Source: Smithellaceae bacterium
GTDB lineage: Bacteria > Desulfobacterota > Syntrophia > Syntrophales > Smithellaceae
DNA length: 64,000 nt
Reading direction: 5' to 3'
Assembly (NCBI GenBank): GCA_963667845.2
Contig: CAXXVL010000002.1
Location: forward strand, 960,001 to 1,024,000
Shown here: piece after piece, positions 1 through 9,986 of the stretch
Layout of the letters: each line of letters begins with the position of its first letter
Numbering within the stretch: position 1 is the first letter of the stretch
Notes under the pieces: model-generated
What the model saw: only the letters and a program-made list of their open reading frames with translations
Database searches by the model: none
What the model was told of the DNA's origin: nothing
Made by a program: the position numbers and the translations under genes

Positions 1-630
1 CGGCTCATTCTTCAACCGGTCGGGATCCAAATATATTCCGTAGCGCTCTTCCCATTCCGACCAGCCCGTAATCCGCCCATCACCGACACGAACATCAGCA
101 CTGTAGGCATCATCGTGCGCTTCATCATATCTGGCAAGAATACGGAGTTGTGTTTTCGCGCCGATATGAAATTGAAGCGGCCACCAGGCATGAAAAGAGG
201 ACGTCCGGATGCTGCTCCAGATGGCATGGTCGGCCAGGGACAAGCGGATCGGCCCGCTGAAACTGGGAACTCTATCCTTCGTCGGCACTCTGTGAACGTG
301 GAGCAGGGCAAGACCACTTTGGGTCGCCATCCCTGCACCTCCGCAGATTCCAAGGTAACTTCCGCCTTTGGCCACGAAACTGCGAATCTCGGACTGTCCC
401 TTCTCTCCCAGGGCATGAAGCTTGGCGGATGCCCATCCTCCGGGAACAAAAAGCATTGCGTAGCGGGATAGTTTTCCTGCCCGAATATCGTGAGACCGGA
501 TCAGGTCGAAAGGCAGTCCTCCCTCCAGGAGCGCCTGCCGGGCCATCAGCCCCCAAAGGAAGGATTCATCCCAGAGAAAGGCACAGGGTATTTCCTGCAA
601 TGTTTTGTGTTCTGCGGATCTAATGGACAT
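1..630 (-). CDS. BPL_N / class I glutamine-amidotransferase-like domain protein (runs off the left edge of the window)
   Basis: Not in the ORF track. Manual translation from the ATG at 630 is open to position 1: MSIRSAEHKTLQEIPCAFLWDESFLWGLMAR...LFVPGGWASAKLHALGEKGQSEIRSFVAKGGSYLGICGGAG, matching the PGG...IRxFVxxGGxYLGIC pattern of BPL_N domains. Confidence 0.7.
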   Translation of the reverse strand, partial: MSIRSAEHKTLQEIPCAFLWDESFLWGLMARQALLEGGLPFDLIRSHDIRAGKLSRYAMLFVPGGWASAKLHALGEKGQSEIRSFVAKGGSYLGICGGAGMATQSGLALLHVHRVPTKDRVPSFSGPIRLSLADHAIWSSIRTSSFHAWWPLQFHIGAKTQLRILARYDEAHDDAYSADVRVGDGRITGWSEWEERYGIYLDPDRLKNEP

Positions 631-785
631 GCGATCTCGTTTCATTATTTTTCGGCTGATGACATAAACAAACTATAACGGATTTTAAACGCTTGGCCAA
701 CCGAAAATAAATCCTCCCAACGAACTACTATACGTTATGGATGTGTCCATTTGCTTGGCGACAGTAGGTCAATATTGTAACTATA

Positions 786-883
786 ATCCCGCTCACGCGG
801 GACGAGCGCTAATTCTCCGTACTTGCTGCGAAATAATGACGTTCATTTCATACCTTGACAGCTTGCTGCGAGATTGTTGATTA
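786..883. repeat. ~98-bp palindrome-rich intergenic repeat, copy 1
   Basis: Aligns by eye with 30983..31081 (9 substitutions and 1 indel over 99 columns). Contains the hairpin TCCCGC-tcac-GCGGGA and two CTTGCTGCGA motifs. Confidence 0.85.
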
Positions 884-1138
884 AATCTCCTTGTTTTTTC
901 AAATATGCTCTTATAGAATAAAAAACACTTCATTATTAATGGCGCTATATCATAGCATCTTTCCTCATGGTTGTTCTTTTCACTTTGCAGCTCTTCCTGA
1001 TTTGCCGGGCCCATGTTGTCGTTACCTAAAGGTTGTCGTTCTAAACGTGGTGGTCGTTTCTTATAGGCGTCAGAACATTTAACCCCGGGGTGTAAATACC
1101 CCCTCTTTAAGACATTTGTCTAGAAAGGAGCAGCGGCA

Positions 1139-2710
1139 ATGAAATTTGATAAGCTTTGGAAAACGGAAGATTGGTGGTCGGTCTGGCTTGGCCTTGGTCT
1201 TGTGATCCTGGCCATTGTTGCTCTATGGATGGGCACATCCATTAAGGGCTGGGCCGTTCTACCGAGCAAGATCACAGGTTTCAGCGCCGTCGGGGCAGAC
1301 CTGGCAAAGAATATCGGTGCGTATCTGATCATCTTTTTAATCCTCGGAGTGGTCTTCTGCGTCTCCATGAAGCTTATGGGCCACAAATTGAAATTTTTTA
1401 TTCCCGGTTTCATCATCCTGTTTGTCGGCGCGCTGATTATCTTTTATGTGGCCGGTACGAAATTCATGAGTGACTGGAACATAGAAGCGCCTCTGCTGGC
1501 CCTGATCGTCGGCCTCATCATTTCTAATGTCATTAAGATACCTGCATGGTTGAAGACGTCGCTCCGTACGGAATACTACGTCAAAACCGGCATCGTTCTC
1601 TTGGGAGCTACCTTGCCTTTCACGATCATTGTCAAGGCCGGTCCTATTGCTCTGCTTCAGGCTACGATTGTTTCCGTGGTCACCTGGCTCGCCATTTACC
1701 TGGCCGCCACCAGGATTTTTAAACTGGAACCCCAGTTCGGAGCGGTATTGGGGACGGGCGGTGCCGTGTGCGGTGTGTCCGCGGCCATTGCCGTCGGCGG
1801 TGCCGTCAAAGCCAAAAACGAACATATTTCCATCACCATTGCCGTAGTCACCGTCTGGGCGATCATCATGATCTTCGTCCTGACCATCGCGATGAAACAA
1901 CTTGTCCCGGATACGGTATCCCCCGGTGTTGCCGGCGCCATCGTCGGCACTTCCGAGTTTGCCGATGCCGCGGGTTTTGCGGTAGTGGCCGAACTGGCCA
2001 CGCGTTTTGGAGACGCGCCTATTCAGACATTTACCCTGATGAAAGTCATTGGCCGGGATATCTGGATCGGCATCTGGTGCCTTATTCTGGCTATTGTTTC
2101 CGTCGCGTTCTGGGAAAAATGTGCCGAGGGCGAGGACAGGAAGGTGACGGTTGGTCCCCGGATCATCTGGGAGAGATTTCCCAAGTTTGTCCTTGGATTT
2201 TTGGCGGGTTCCATTATTGTCAGCATCGTCGGCACCATGGTACCGGCTAATTATGCCGGAAAAGCCAATTGGGCAGACAAGATCAAGGGCAAGGAATATA
2301 AGGCCGATTTCTCCCAATACCAGGTGCCGCCGGAATTCGCCGACCGCATGACCGTCGACACTACGGCAAAAACTCTGGCCTTTAAGGGCCCTATGTCCGG
2401 CGATGAATTAAAAGCCTTGACCGCCAAAACGACCAGCCCGGATCAGGCCAAGGCATTAAACCAACTTAAAGCCAAATCGAGCTGGTTTGACAGTGTATTG
2501 GGTCCGAATGTCATCGGACCTATCAAAAATCTCAGATCCTGGGCCTTTGTGCTTTGCTTCCTCTGCATCGGTCTTTCCACCCGATTTGCTGAAATGCTCA
2601 CCTTCGGCATGAGACCTTTCTGGGCCTTTACCATTGGAGTCGTTGTCAATGTCCCCCTGGGAATCTTCTTATCCAGCTTTGTGTTTGTGGATTACTGGTC
2701 AAAGATTTGA
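1139..2710 (+). CDS. YeiH/UPF0324 (putative sulfate/sulfite exporter) family membrane protein
   Basis: 523 aa, many TM segments, motifs EYYVKTGIVLLGA, GGAVCGVSAAIA and RFPKFVLGF; AAGGAG RBS. Confidence 0.85.
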   Translation: MKFDKLWKTEDWWSVWLGLGLVILAIVALWMGTSIKGWAVLPSKITGFSAVGADLAKNIGAYLIIFLILGVVFCVSMKLMGHKLKFFIPGFIILFVGALIIFYVAGTKFMSDWNIEAPLLALIVGLIISNVIKIPAWLKTSLRTEYYVKTGIVLLGATLPFTIIVKAGPIALLQATIVSVVTWLAIYLAATRIFKLEPQFGAVLGTGGAVCGVSAAIAVGGAVKAKNEHISITIAVVTVWAIIMIFVLTIAMKQLVPDTVSPGVAGAIVGTSEFADAAGFAVVAELATRFGDAPIQTFTLMKVIGRDIWIGIWCLILAIVSVAFWEKCAEGEDRKVTVGPRIIWERFPKFVLGFLAGSIIVSIVGTMVPANYAGKANWADKIKGKEYKADFSQYQVPPEFADRMTVDTTAKTLAFKGPMSGDELKALTAKTTSPDQAKALNQLKAKSSWFDSVLGPNVIGPIKNLRSWAFVLCFLCIGLSTRFAEMLTFGMRPFWAFTIGVVVNVPLGIFLSSFVFVDYWSKI

Positions 2711-2766
2711 GCAGGGTAGCAAATGCGGCAAAGACGAAACAAATAAAATCATTAGCAGACTCTAAA

Positions 2767-2802
2767 TACTCCGCGGAGTAAAATGAAACACTCCGCGGAG
2801 TA
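2767..2802. promoter_or_regulatory. Tandem palindromes ACTCCGCGGAGT x2 (candidate operator pair or terminator hairpin)
   Basis: TACTCCGCGGAGTA at 2767-2780 and ACTCCGCGGAGT at 2790-2801, centres 22 bp apart, between the YeiH gene and the dsrA promoter. Confidence 0.5.
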
Positions 2803-2874
2803 AAAATGCAGATCGGAAACAATGTAAAAATGGTCGCTAATAATGACTCTTAGACGTTAATGAGAGAAATTATC

Positions 2875-2903
2875 TTGACATGGTTTAATAAATCGAATAC
2901 CAT
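2875..2903 (+). promoter_or_regulatory. sigma70-type promoter of the dsr operon
   Basis: TTGACA (2875-2880), 17-bp spacer, TACCAT (2898-2903); GGAGGT RBS before dsrA. Confidence 0.65.
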
Positions 2904-2983
2904 TCAGTAAAAGTGGTATGCTCATAACTTAACTCATTCACTCGGCGTCAAGCCTGGAGAATGGTTCGAAACGGAGGTAAATC

Positions 2984-4171
2984 ATGGCGAATTCAGAAAC
3001 ACCCCTGTTAGACAAGTTGGAAGAGGGGAAATGGCCCAGCTTTGTGAAGGACATGAAACAGGCCGCCCAGAAAAATCCTATGGCCAAGGATCTCCTTCAT
3101 CAGCTGGAACTATCCTATAAAGACAAGATCGGCCATTGGAAACACGGAGGCATTGTCGGTGTCAAGGGCTACGGATCCGGTGTCATCGGTCGCTACTCGG
3201 ACCGGCCCGACCTCTTCCCGAATGTTCAGGCTTTCCACACCCTGAGGGTCAATCACCCCACAGGCTGGTTTTACAAGACAGATGCTCTGCGCAGTCTCTG
3301 CGATGTCTGGGACAAGCACGGGAGCGGCCTCACCAACATGCATGGCTCAACGGGTGATGCCATTTTGCTGGGAACAAGAACCGAACACCTCCAGTCTTGT
3401 TTTGACGACCTTTCCGCCGCCGGTTTTGATCTCGGCGGTTCCGGATCTGCTCTGCGCACGCCCTCCGCCTGCGTCGGACCGGGACGATGTGAATGGGCCT
3501 GCATCGACAGTCTTGATATCTGCTACAACATCACCATGAGTTATCAGGACAAGATCCATCGCCCCATGTTCCCTTACAAGTTCAAGATTAAAGTCTCCGC
3601 CTGTTCCAACGACTGCGTGGCCTCCATTGCCCGTTCCGACTTATCCATCATCGGAACCTGGAAGGGAGACATTCAAATCGATCAGAAGGAAGTTCTTGCC
3701 TATGTGCCAACCATCGACATCCAGAAGGAAGTCTGCGACCTCTGCCCGACCCGGTGCATGGAATGGAACGGGAAAGAACTGAAGATATACAACGAAGATT
3801 GCAACCGCTGCATGCACTGCATCAATCTCATGCCGAAAGCTCTGCGTCCAGGCAAGGAAAAGGGTGCGACCATTCTGATCGGAGGCAAAGCGCCCATTTT
3901 ACAAGGAGCCCTTCTTTCCTGGGTCATCGTGCCGTTCATGAAACTGGAGCCGCCTTACACGGAACTCAAAGACCTGATCGAGCGCATCCAGGATTGGTGG
4001 GATGAAAACGCCAAGTCGCGAGAAAGACTCGGTGAACTGATCAAACGCCTGGGCATGAGAGTATTCCTGCGGGCCGTGGGGCTGCCTGCCGTTCCGCAAA
4101 TGGTTAAGGCGCCGCGGACCAATCCTTACGTATTTTTCTGGCCCGAAGAAATCAAAAAGGAGGTGAAGTAA
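2984..4171 (+). CDS. dsrA: Dissimilatory sulfite reductase alpha subunit
   Basis: [21 protein letters not shown], siroheme-FeS cysteines (CVGPGRC...CSNDC), ferredoxin insert (CPTRC...CNRCMHC), C-terminal PRTNPY. Confidence 0.98.
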   Translation: MANSETPLLDKLEEGKWPSFVKDMKQAAQKNPMAKDLLHQLELSYKDKIGHWKHGGIVGVKGYGSGVIGRYSDRPDLFPNVQAFHTLRVNHPTGWFYKTDALRSLCDVWDKHGSGLTNMHGSTGDAILLGTRTEHLQSCFDDLSAAGFDLGGSGSALRTPSACVGPGRCEWACIDSLDICYNITMSYQDKIHRPMFPYKFKIKVSACSNDCVASIARSDLSIIGTWKGDIQIDQKEVLAYVPTIDIQKEVCDLCPTRCMEWNGKELKIYNEDCNRCMHCINLMPKALRPGKEKGATILIGGKAPILQGALLSWVIVPFMKLEPPYTELKDLIERIQDWWDENAKSRERLGELIKRLGMRVFLRAVGLPAVPQMVKAPRTNPYVFFWPEEIKKEVK

Positions 4172-4172
4172 G

Positions 4173-5234
4173 ATGGCTAAAACAGATATCGGACCCCCTG
4201 ATTATAAGACCATGCTTCCGCCCGTCATTCAGCGAAATTACGGGAAATGGCGTTATCACGAAATTCTCAAACCGGGTGTGCTCATGCACATCGCGGAATC
4301 GGGAGAAGCGCTCTACACTGTCCGTGCCGGTTCTCCGCGACTGATTTCAACCGATCATATCCGGGAAATCTGCGATATGGCGGACAAATACTGCGACGGT
4401 TACCTGCGTTTTACCAGCCGCCACAATATCGAGTTTCTTCTGGATGATAAGGATAAAGTCGAGCCGCTCATTGCCGAATTGGCCGAGCGCAAATACCCTG
4501 TCGGCGGCACCGGACATGCCATATCGAATATCGTGCATACGCAGGGCTGGGTGCACTGCCACACGCCGGCGACGGATGCTTCGGGGCCGGTCAAGGCCTT
4601 AATGGATGAGATTTACGATTACTTTGTGACGGCGACATTGCCCAACCACGTCCGGATCGCTCTGGCCTGCTGCCTGAATATGTGCGGTGCCGTACACTGC
4701 TCCGACATTGCCATTCTGGGGATTCATCGCACCGTGCCGATACCAGACAACACGCGGGTTCCGAACGTTTGCGAAATACCGTCCACGGTGGCCTCCTGTC
4801 CCACCGGCGCCATCCGGGGCGATATGAAAAACAAGACCGTAACTGTCAATCCGGATAAGTGCATGTATTGCGGCAACTGCTACACGGTTTGTCCGGCCAT
4901 GCCCATTGCCGATCCCGAAAACGACGGGATATCCATTTGGGTCGGAGGAAAGGTCTCCAACGCCAGAAGCGCTCCCAAATTTTCCAAGCTGGCCATTCCC
5001 TTTCTTCCCAATAACCCGCCGCGCTGGCCGGAGGTCGTAGATGCCGTAAAGAACATTATCGAGGTCTATGCAACGCATGCCCGCAAGCATGAGCGGGTCG
5101 GCGAGTGGATCGAACGCGTCGGCTGGGAGAGGTTCTTCACGCTGACAGGTATTCCGTTTACGGACAAGCATATCGATGATTTTGACATGGCCACGGAAAC
5201 ATTCCGGACATCGACGCAGTTCAAATGGGGGTGA
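4173..5234 (+). CDS. dsrB: Dissimilatory sulfite reductase beta subunit
   Basis: [60 protein letters not shown]. Confidence 0.98.
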   Translation: MAKTDIGPPDYKTMLPPVIQRNYGKWRYHEILKPGVLMHIAESGEALYTVRAGSPRLISTDHIREICDMADKYCDGYLRFTSRHNIEFLLDDKDKVEPLIAELAERKYPVGGTGHAISNIVHTQGWVHCHTPATDASGPVKALMDEIYDYFVTATLPNHVRIALACCLNMCGAVHCSDIAILGIHRTVPIPDNTRVPNVCEIPSTVASCPTGAIRGDMKNKTVTVNPDKCMYCGNCYTVCPAMPIADPENDGISIWVGGKVSNARSAPKFSKLAIPFLPNNPPRWPEVVDAVKNIIEVYATHARKHERVGEWIERVGWERFFTLTGIPFTDKHIDDFDMATETFRTSTQFKWG

Positions 5235-5236
5235 GT

Positions 5237-5473
5237 ATGAGCGAGGACTTGAAAACAAAGATCGTGACGCTCTTTCATGAAAAATCCAAGGGTGACAAGA
5301 AGATGTTTTACATCCGGGACGTGACCAAATGGCTGCCCGATGAAGACCGGCACGCTGTTCAAGATGCCGTCAAGGTTCTGCTCGATGAAGAAGTTTTGAA
5401 ATACTGGTCGAGCGGAAGTTCAACATACCTTATTTTGGCTGAATTTTTTCCGAAGGAAGAACCTTGTTCCTGA
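5237..5473 (+). CDS. dsrD: DsrD
   Basis: 78 aa directly after dsrB, with KKMFY and YWSSGSST motifs. Start placed at ATG 5237. Confidence 0.9.
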   Translation: MSEDLKTKIVTLFHEKSKGDKKMFYIRDVTKWLPDEDRHAVQDAVKVLLDEEVLKYWSSGSSTYLILAEFFPKEEPCS

Positions 5474-5487
5474 TCAGGTAATGAAGC

Positions 5488-6948
5488 ATGAACCAATCCT
5501 GCCCACGTTTGATTATCGCCGCCCTTCGGGGCGGCGCGGGAAAAACAACCCTCTCTGTGGCAATGACCGTGGCTTTGCGTAAGCAGGGCATAACGGTCAC
5601 CCCCTTCAAAAAGGGTCCGGACTATATTGATGCCGCCTGGCTTTCTCAGGCGGCATCCGGTCCCTGTTACAACCTGGACACTTATCTGATGGGTGCAGAC
5701 CGGGTTGCCAGTTCTTTTTCGCGCCATGCCGCCCGAGGCGCCGTTTCCATCATTGAGGGCAACCGCGGACTCTTTGACGGTGTAAACGCTGCTGGTGAAT
5801 TTAGCACAGCCGAACTGGCCAAACTCCTCCATACGCCGGTTATTTTGATTGTCGACTGCGATAAGGTCACCCGGACGGCTGCGGCAATGGTCCTGGGCTG
5901 TCTGAACCTTGATCCGGCAGTGGACATCCAGGGCGTTATCTTAAGCCGCGTGAGTGGCAGCCGTCACGCCTCTGTTATCCGTCAGGCCATTGAGGAATAT
6001 GCCGGGCTTCGCATCTACGGCACAGTACCGCGCTTGTCGGATCTGCCTTTTGCGCAGCGGCATCTGGGATTGATACCGCCCGAGGAACACAACCAGATGC
6101 ATCAGGCCATGGAAAAGGCGGGAGCCATCGCCCGCGATTATCTGGACATGCCCGGTCTGATCAGCGTTGCCCAAAGCGCACCACCCTGGAGGATTGATGC
6201 ATTCCCCAATTCCATCCGCATAAACAGTGCCGATGACGAGCCTGTAACCATCGGCGTCATCAAAGACACGGCGTTTCAGTTTTATTATCAGGAAAATATT
6301 GAGGCGCTGACCGACCGGGGTGCGAAAGTCGTCCTGATCAGCGCTCTTGATGATAAAGTCCTGCCGCCGGTCGATGCCCTGTACATCGGCGGCGGATTTC
6401 CTGAAACCCAGGCCGAGAGGCTTTCCGCAAACGAATCCTTTCGCCTGTCTCTCCGAGAGGCGGCTGAGGCCGGTCTCCCGATTTACGCCGAATGCGGAGG
6501 CTTCATCTATCTGGGCGAATCTCTGGCCATCGGTGACAAACAATATCCGATGGTCGGCGCGCTGCCGGTAACGTTCGGGATGGAAAAAAAGCCGCAAGGA
6601 CACGGGTATACAACCCTGACCGTGGATCGGGAAAACCCTTTTTTCCCCATAGGCCAGACGATCACCGGTCATGAATTCCATTACTGCCGGATCCTTTCTC
6701 AAAGAGATGATGAAAGCCACACCGCCTACCGCGTTGTGCGGGGAACCGGAATGGACGGTCGAAGAGACGGCCTGTGCCGGAAGAATATTCTGGCGGGCTT
6801 CACGCATCTGCATGCGTTAGGGACTCCCGAGTGGGCGGATGCGCTTATAGACAGAGCCTCACATCACCACCAAACAAAGTTAAATCACGCGCCCGCTTTT
6901 CTCATGGATAGGCCTGATGCCAAGCCAAATAAGCGGATGGGTTTATGA
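5488..6948 (+). CDS. dsrN: Siroheme amidase (cobyrinate a,c-diamide synthase family)
   Basis: GGAGKTT, FKKGPDYID, IEGNRGLFDG, YAECGG, GHEFHY; positioned after dsrABD. Confidence 0.9.
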   Translation: MNQSCPRLIIAALRGGAGKTTLSVAMTVALRKQGITVTPFKKGPDYIDAAWLSQAASGPCYNLDTYLMGADRVASSFSRHAARGAVSIIEGNRGLFDGVNAAGEFSTAELAKLLHTPVILIVDCDKVTRTAAAMVLGCLNLDPAVDIQGVILSRVSGSRHASVIRQAIEEYAGLRIYGTVPRLSDLPFAQRHLGLIPPEEHNQMHQAMEKAGAIARDYLDMPGLISVAQSAPPWRIDAFPNSIRINSADDEPVTIGVIKDTAFQFYYQENIEALTDRGAKVVLISALDDKVLPPVDALYIGGGFPETQAERLSANESFRLSLREAAEAGLPIYAECGGFIYLGESLAIGDKQYPMVGALPVTFGMEKKPQGHGYTTLTVDRENPFFPIGQTITGHEFHYCRILSQRDDESHTAYRVVRGTGMDGRRDGLCRKNILAGFTHLHALGTPEWADALIDRASHHHQTKLNHAPAFLMDRPDAKPNKRMGL

Positions 6949-6987
6949 TAAAAAAGATATCGATTAAATAATGAGGAGGGTTTGAAA

Positions 6988-7308
6988 ATGCCACAAATCG
7001 AACTGGCAGGCAAAATTTATGAAGTGGATGAAGACGGGTTTCTTCAGGAACTCGACAAGTGGAACGAAGAATTTGCAGAAGCTTACGCCCACGCGGAAGA
7101 TATCGAAGGTAAATTGACAGAAGAGCATTGGAAAGTGATCAACTACCTGCGAAATTATTATCAGCAATTCGGCATCGCCCCAATGATCCGGAAAATCTGC
7201 AAAGATCTGGGAATCGACATGAAGAAGCTCTATGAACTTTTCCCCACGGGACCTGCCAAAGGCGCCTGTAAACTGGCGGGACTCTCGAAGCCGACGGGTT
7301 GCGTTTAG
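6988..7308 (+). CDS. dsrC: DsrC sulfur-carrier protein
   Basis: VDEDGFL...GPAKGACKLAGLSKPTGCV with both C-terminal cysteines; GAGGAGG RBS. Confidence 0.97.
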   Translation: MPQIELAGKIYEVDEDGFLQELDKWNEEFAEAYAHAEDIEGKLTEEHWKVINYLRNYYQQFGIAPMIRKICKDLGIDMKKLYELFPTGPAKGACKLAGLSKPTGCV

Positions 7309-7446
7309 ACAAGCCGACCAGAACCTCCGCTGCCTGCGTCGATCGCCAATCATCTCCGGTATGATTTCCGCTATGGTTCGCGATGTAATCATCCTGCGCC
7401 GCGCGAAGGGTTCTTGAACGCCGCCAAGTTAGAGGAAATGGATGAA

Positions 7447-8388
7447 ATGGAAACTCTGGTCATCGTTTTGACATATGTGGCGTATGTTTTCATCGTCGCC
7501 ATGTACACCCTTAAAGCCCGGGCATGGCTCGCCATGCCGCCTCATATCCGGTGGGATCTCTATCCGGTGATTCATGAGGAGCATTACAAATATGGGGGTT
7601 CTTACTACGAACAACCCGAGTGGTGGACAAAGCCGCGGCCGCGGCACCGTTTACGGAGCCTTTTTTACGCGCTCAAAGACAATTTCTACATGGGGGAATA
7701 TTTCAAGCGCAATCGCCTCTACTGGTTCGTTTTGCTGCCCTGGCATCTCGGGTTCATTTTCATTATCACTTTTCATATCATCTGTTTCTTTGCCGCCTGC
7801 GCCATCGCGGGCGGGATTAATATTGCGGCCGCTTCGGGACAACTGACAGGACAGATTTTTTATTATCTCTTGCTTGCAACAGGCGCCATCGCCTTCATCG
7901 GCGGCACATTCGGCTGCATCGGCATGCCGGTCATTCGCATCCTGGACCGGGGGCTCAGAACCTATGCCACGCCGTTCAATTTTTTCAATTATGCCTTCTT
8001 TTTCCTAGTGTACGCAACCGGTCTGTATTCCTGGATTGTTCTGGATCCGACGCTTGCCGAATATCGGACGTATTGGCTGGGGCTTATTTCACTTTCGCCA
8101 CCGCATCTTCACCCGATGACGGTGCTGCATATTATTCTGTTTGATCTGTTTCTCATTTATCTGCCCTTCACCCGATCGCTCCATTACATAACAAGGATTT
8201 TCGCCCTGTACTTTATCCGCTGGGACGATGAACCGAATATGCGAGGCTCCAAGCTCGAGGCGCAGATCTCCGGCCTGTTATCTCAGAAAATATCCTGGGA
8301 AGGCAAACATATTGAGTCAGGCGCAACCTGGGCCGAGGCGGCAACCAGAATAGATTCCACGCTTCCGAAGAAAAAGGATACGCCATGA
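7447..8388 (+). CDS. dsrM: DsrM-like cytochrome b (NarI family), standalone dsrMK copy
   Basis: Multi-TM protein with His ligands (WHLG, FHII, LHII, LHY), IRWDLYPV, YLPFTRSLH; overlaps the start of a DsrK-like gene. Confidence 0.75.
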   Translation: METLVIVLTYVAYVFIVAMYTLKARAWLAMPPHIRWDLYPVIHEEHYKYGGSYYEQPEWWTKPRPRHRLRSLFYALKDNFYMGEYFKRNRLYWFVLLPWHLGFIFIITFHIICFFAACAIAGGINIAAASGQLTGQIFYYLLLATGAIAFIGGTFGCIGMPVIRILDRGLRTYATPFNFFNYAFFFLVYATGLYSWIVLDPTLAEYRTYWLGLISLSPPHLHPMTVLHIILFDLFLIYLPFTRSLHYITRIFALYFIRWDDEPNMRGSKLEAQISGLLSQKISWEGKHIESGATWAEAATRIDSTLPKKKDTP

Positions 8389-9986
8389 AAAAGAAGATGA
8401 CCATCAATGATTTCAGCCGCCCCGGAGAGCAACTGGCCGTCATTGACCCGGCCAATTTGATGCCGCTGCCTGCGCCTTATGACAAATTTGATAAACCCAT
8501 TAAGGCGCTTTCACCTGAACAGAGAAAGCGTATGGATGCTTCTCTGGACGGCATTTCCATCCTCGGACTTACCCCTCCGGCGAGCCCGGAGGAGGAGCGG
8601 GCCTTCATCGAAAAATTTCTCGCAGGCCTTGCCAAATTGTTTACGTCCGAGGATAACTGGACGTTTCTGCAGCCGCTCGTGCACAGCCTGGAGTATTGCG
8701 TTAAATGTCAGATTTGCTCCGACATGTGCCCGGCTTATGTTGCTTCCGGCCGGGAAGAAATCTATCGTCCGACGATGCGGCCGGAAATTCTGCGCCGCAT
8801 CATCGGGAAATACATCAAGAAGAGTCATCCTCTTTTAAGAAAATTCCGGGGAATCGACATCGATCTCAACTGGCAGACGCTTGCGCGCCTCGCGGAATTG
8901 GCTTATCGCTGCACGCTCTGCCGGCGCTGCGCCCAGGTCTGTCCGCTCGGAATCGACAACGCGCTCATCAGTCGGGAAATCCGCAAGCTCTTCAGCCAGC
9001 AGATGGGCATTGCCCCGAAAGAGATCCACGAAAAGGGCACTGTCTTACAATTGAAGGCGGGCTCCAGCACGGGCATGACGCCTCCCGCCCTGAAGGATGT
9101 CCTGGAATTTATCGAAGAGGAGATTGAAGAAAAGACCGGGAAGAAGATAAAGATCCCCGTGGATAAAAAAGGCGCCGATATATTGCTGCTGCATAATGCG
9201 GGCGAATTCATCGCGTGGCCGGAAAACCTGGAAGCCTTTGCCATTCTGTTTGATGCCGCAGGCATCGACTGGACGCTCTCCAGTGAAATCGCCGGTTACG
9301 ATGCCGTTAATTACGGCGTCTGGTACGACGATATCCAGTTTGCCCGCATCGCATTGCTGCATGCTCAGGCGGCAAAAAATCTGGGCGTGAAGAAGATATC
9401 CTTGGGTGAATGCGGGCACGCCCACAAGGCCATGATTGTCATTGCCGACCGGATCCTGACCGGAGATCTCAACATTCCCCGGGAGAGCTCCATCCCGCTG
9501 ATGGAAGAGATTGTCATGAGCGGCCGCATTAAATTCGATCCCAGCCGAAATAATTTCCCGGTCACACTCCATGATCCCTGCAACATGGTGAGGCTCATGG
9601 GCATCGTCCAGCCGCAGCGGCGGATCCTGGAAAAGCTCTGCCCCCAGTTCCGGGAAATGACGCCTCACGGGGTGGAAAATTACTGCTGCGGCGGCGGAAG
9701 CGGGTTTGCGGTCACCCAGTCGACCAACTTTCCCGACTGGCGCTCTTCCATTTCGGGACGGATGAAGCTCAAGCAAACCCTGGAGGCGTTCCGGGATGTT
9801 TCATCTCCGGAAGTGAAGAAATATGTGTGCGCACCCTGCTCTAATTGCAAAGGGCAGTATCGCGAGTTGTTCAACTACTATGGTGTCTGGGAGAAGTCGG
9901 GCATTCTCTATGGCGGTCTGGTGGAATTGATCGTCAATGCCATGGCCGACCTGAAAAAACCTTTTATTCAGTGGGAATGGCATTGA
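8385..9986 (+). CDS. dsrK: DsrK-like HdrD-family Fe-S/CCG protein, standalone dsrMK copy
   Basis: CVKCQICSDMC and CTLCRRCAQVC ferredoxin motifs, GECGH, HDPCN...CCGGGSG...CAPCSNC. Confidence 0.8.
   Translation: MKKKMTINDFSRPGEQLAVIDPANLMPLPAPYDKFDKPIKALSPEQRKRMDASLDGISILGLTPPASPEEERAFIEKFLAGLAKLFTSEDNWTFLQPLVHSLEYCVKCQICSDMCPAYVASGREEIYRPTMRPEILRRIIGKYIKKSHPLLRKFRGIDIDLNWQTLARLAELAYRCTLCRRCAQVCPLGIDNALISREIRKLFSQQMGIAPKEIHEKGTVLQLKAGSSTGMTPPALKDVLEFIEEEIEEKTGKKIKIPVDKKGADILLLHNAGEFIAWPENLEAFAILFDAAGIDWTLSSEIAGYDAVNYGVWYDDIQFARIALLHAQAAKNLGVKKISLGECGHAHKAMIVIADRILTGDLNIPRESSIPLMEEIVMSGRIKFDPSRNNFPVTLHDPCNMVRLMGIVQPQRRILEKLCPQFREMTPHGVENYCCGGGSGFAVTQSTNFPDWRSSISGRMKLKQTLEAFRDVSSPEVKKYVCAPCSNCKGQYRELFNYYGVWEKSGILYGGLVELIVNAMADLKKPFIQWEWH

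Noticed and set aside
12..678. Short track ORFs at the window start, possibly an IS remnant
   Set aside because: They are shadows of an open - strand frame (630 to 1) with a BPL_N-like motif; no transposase motif seen.
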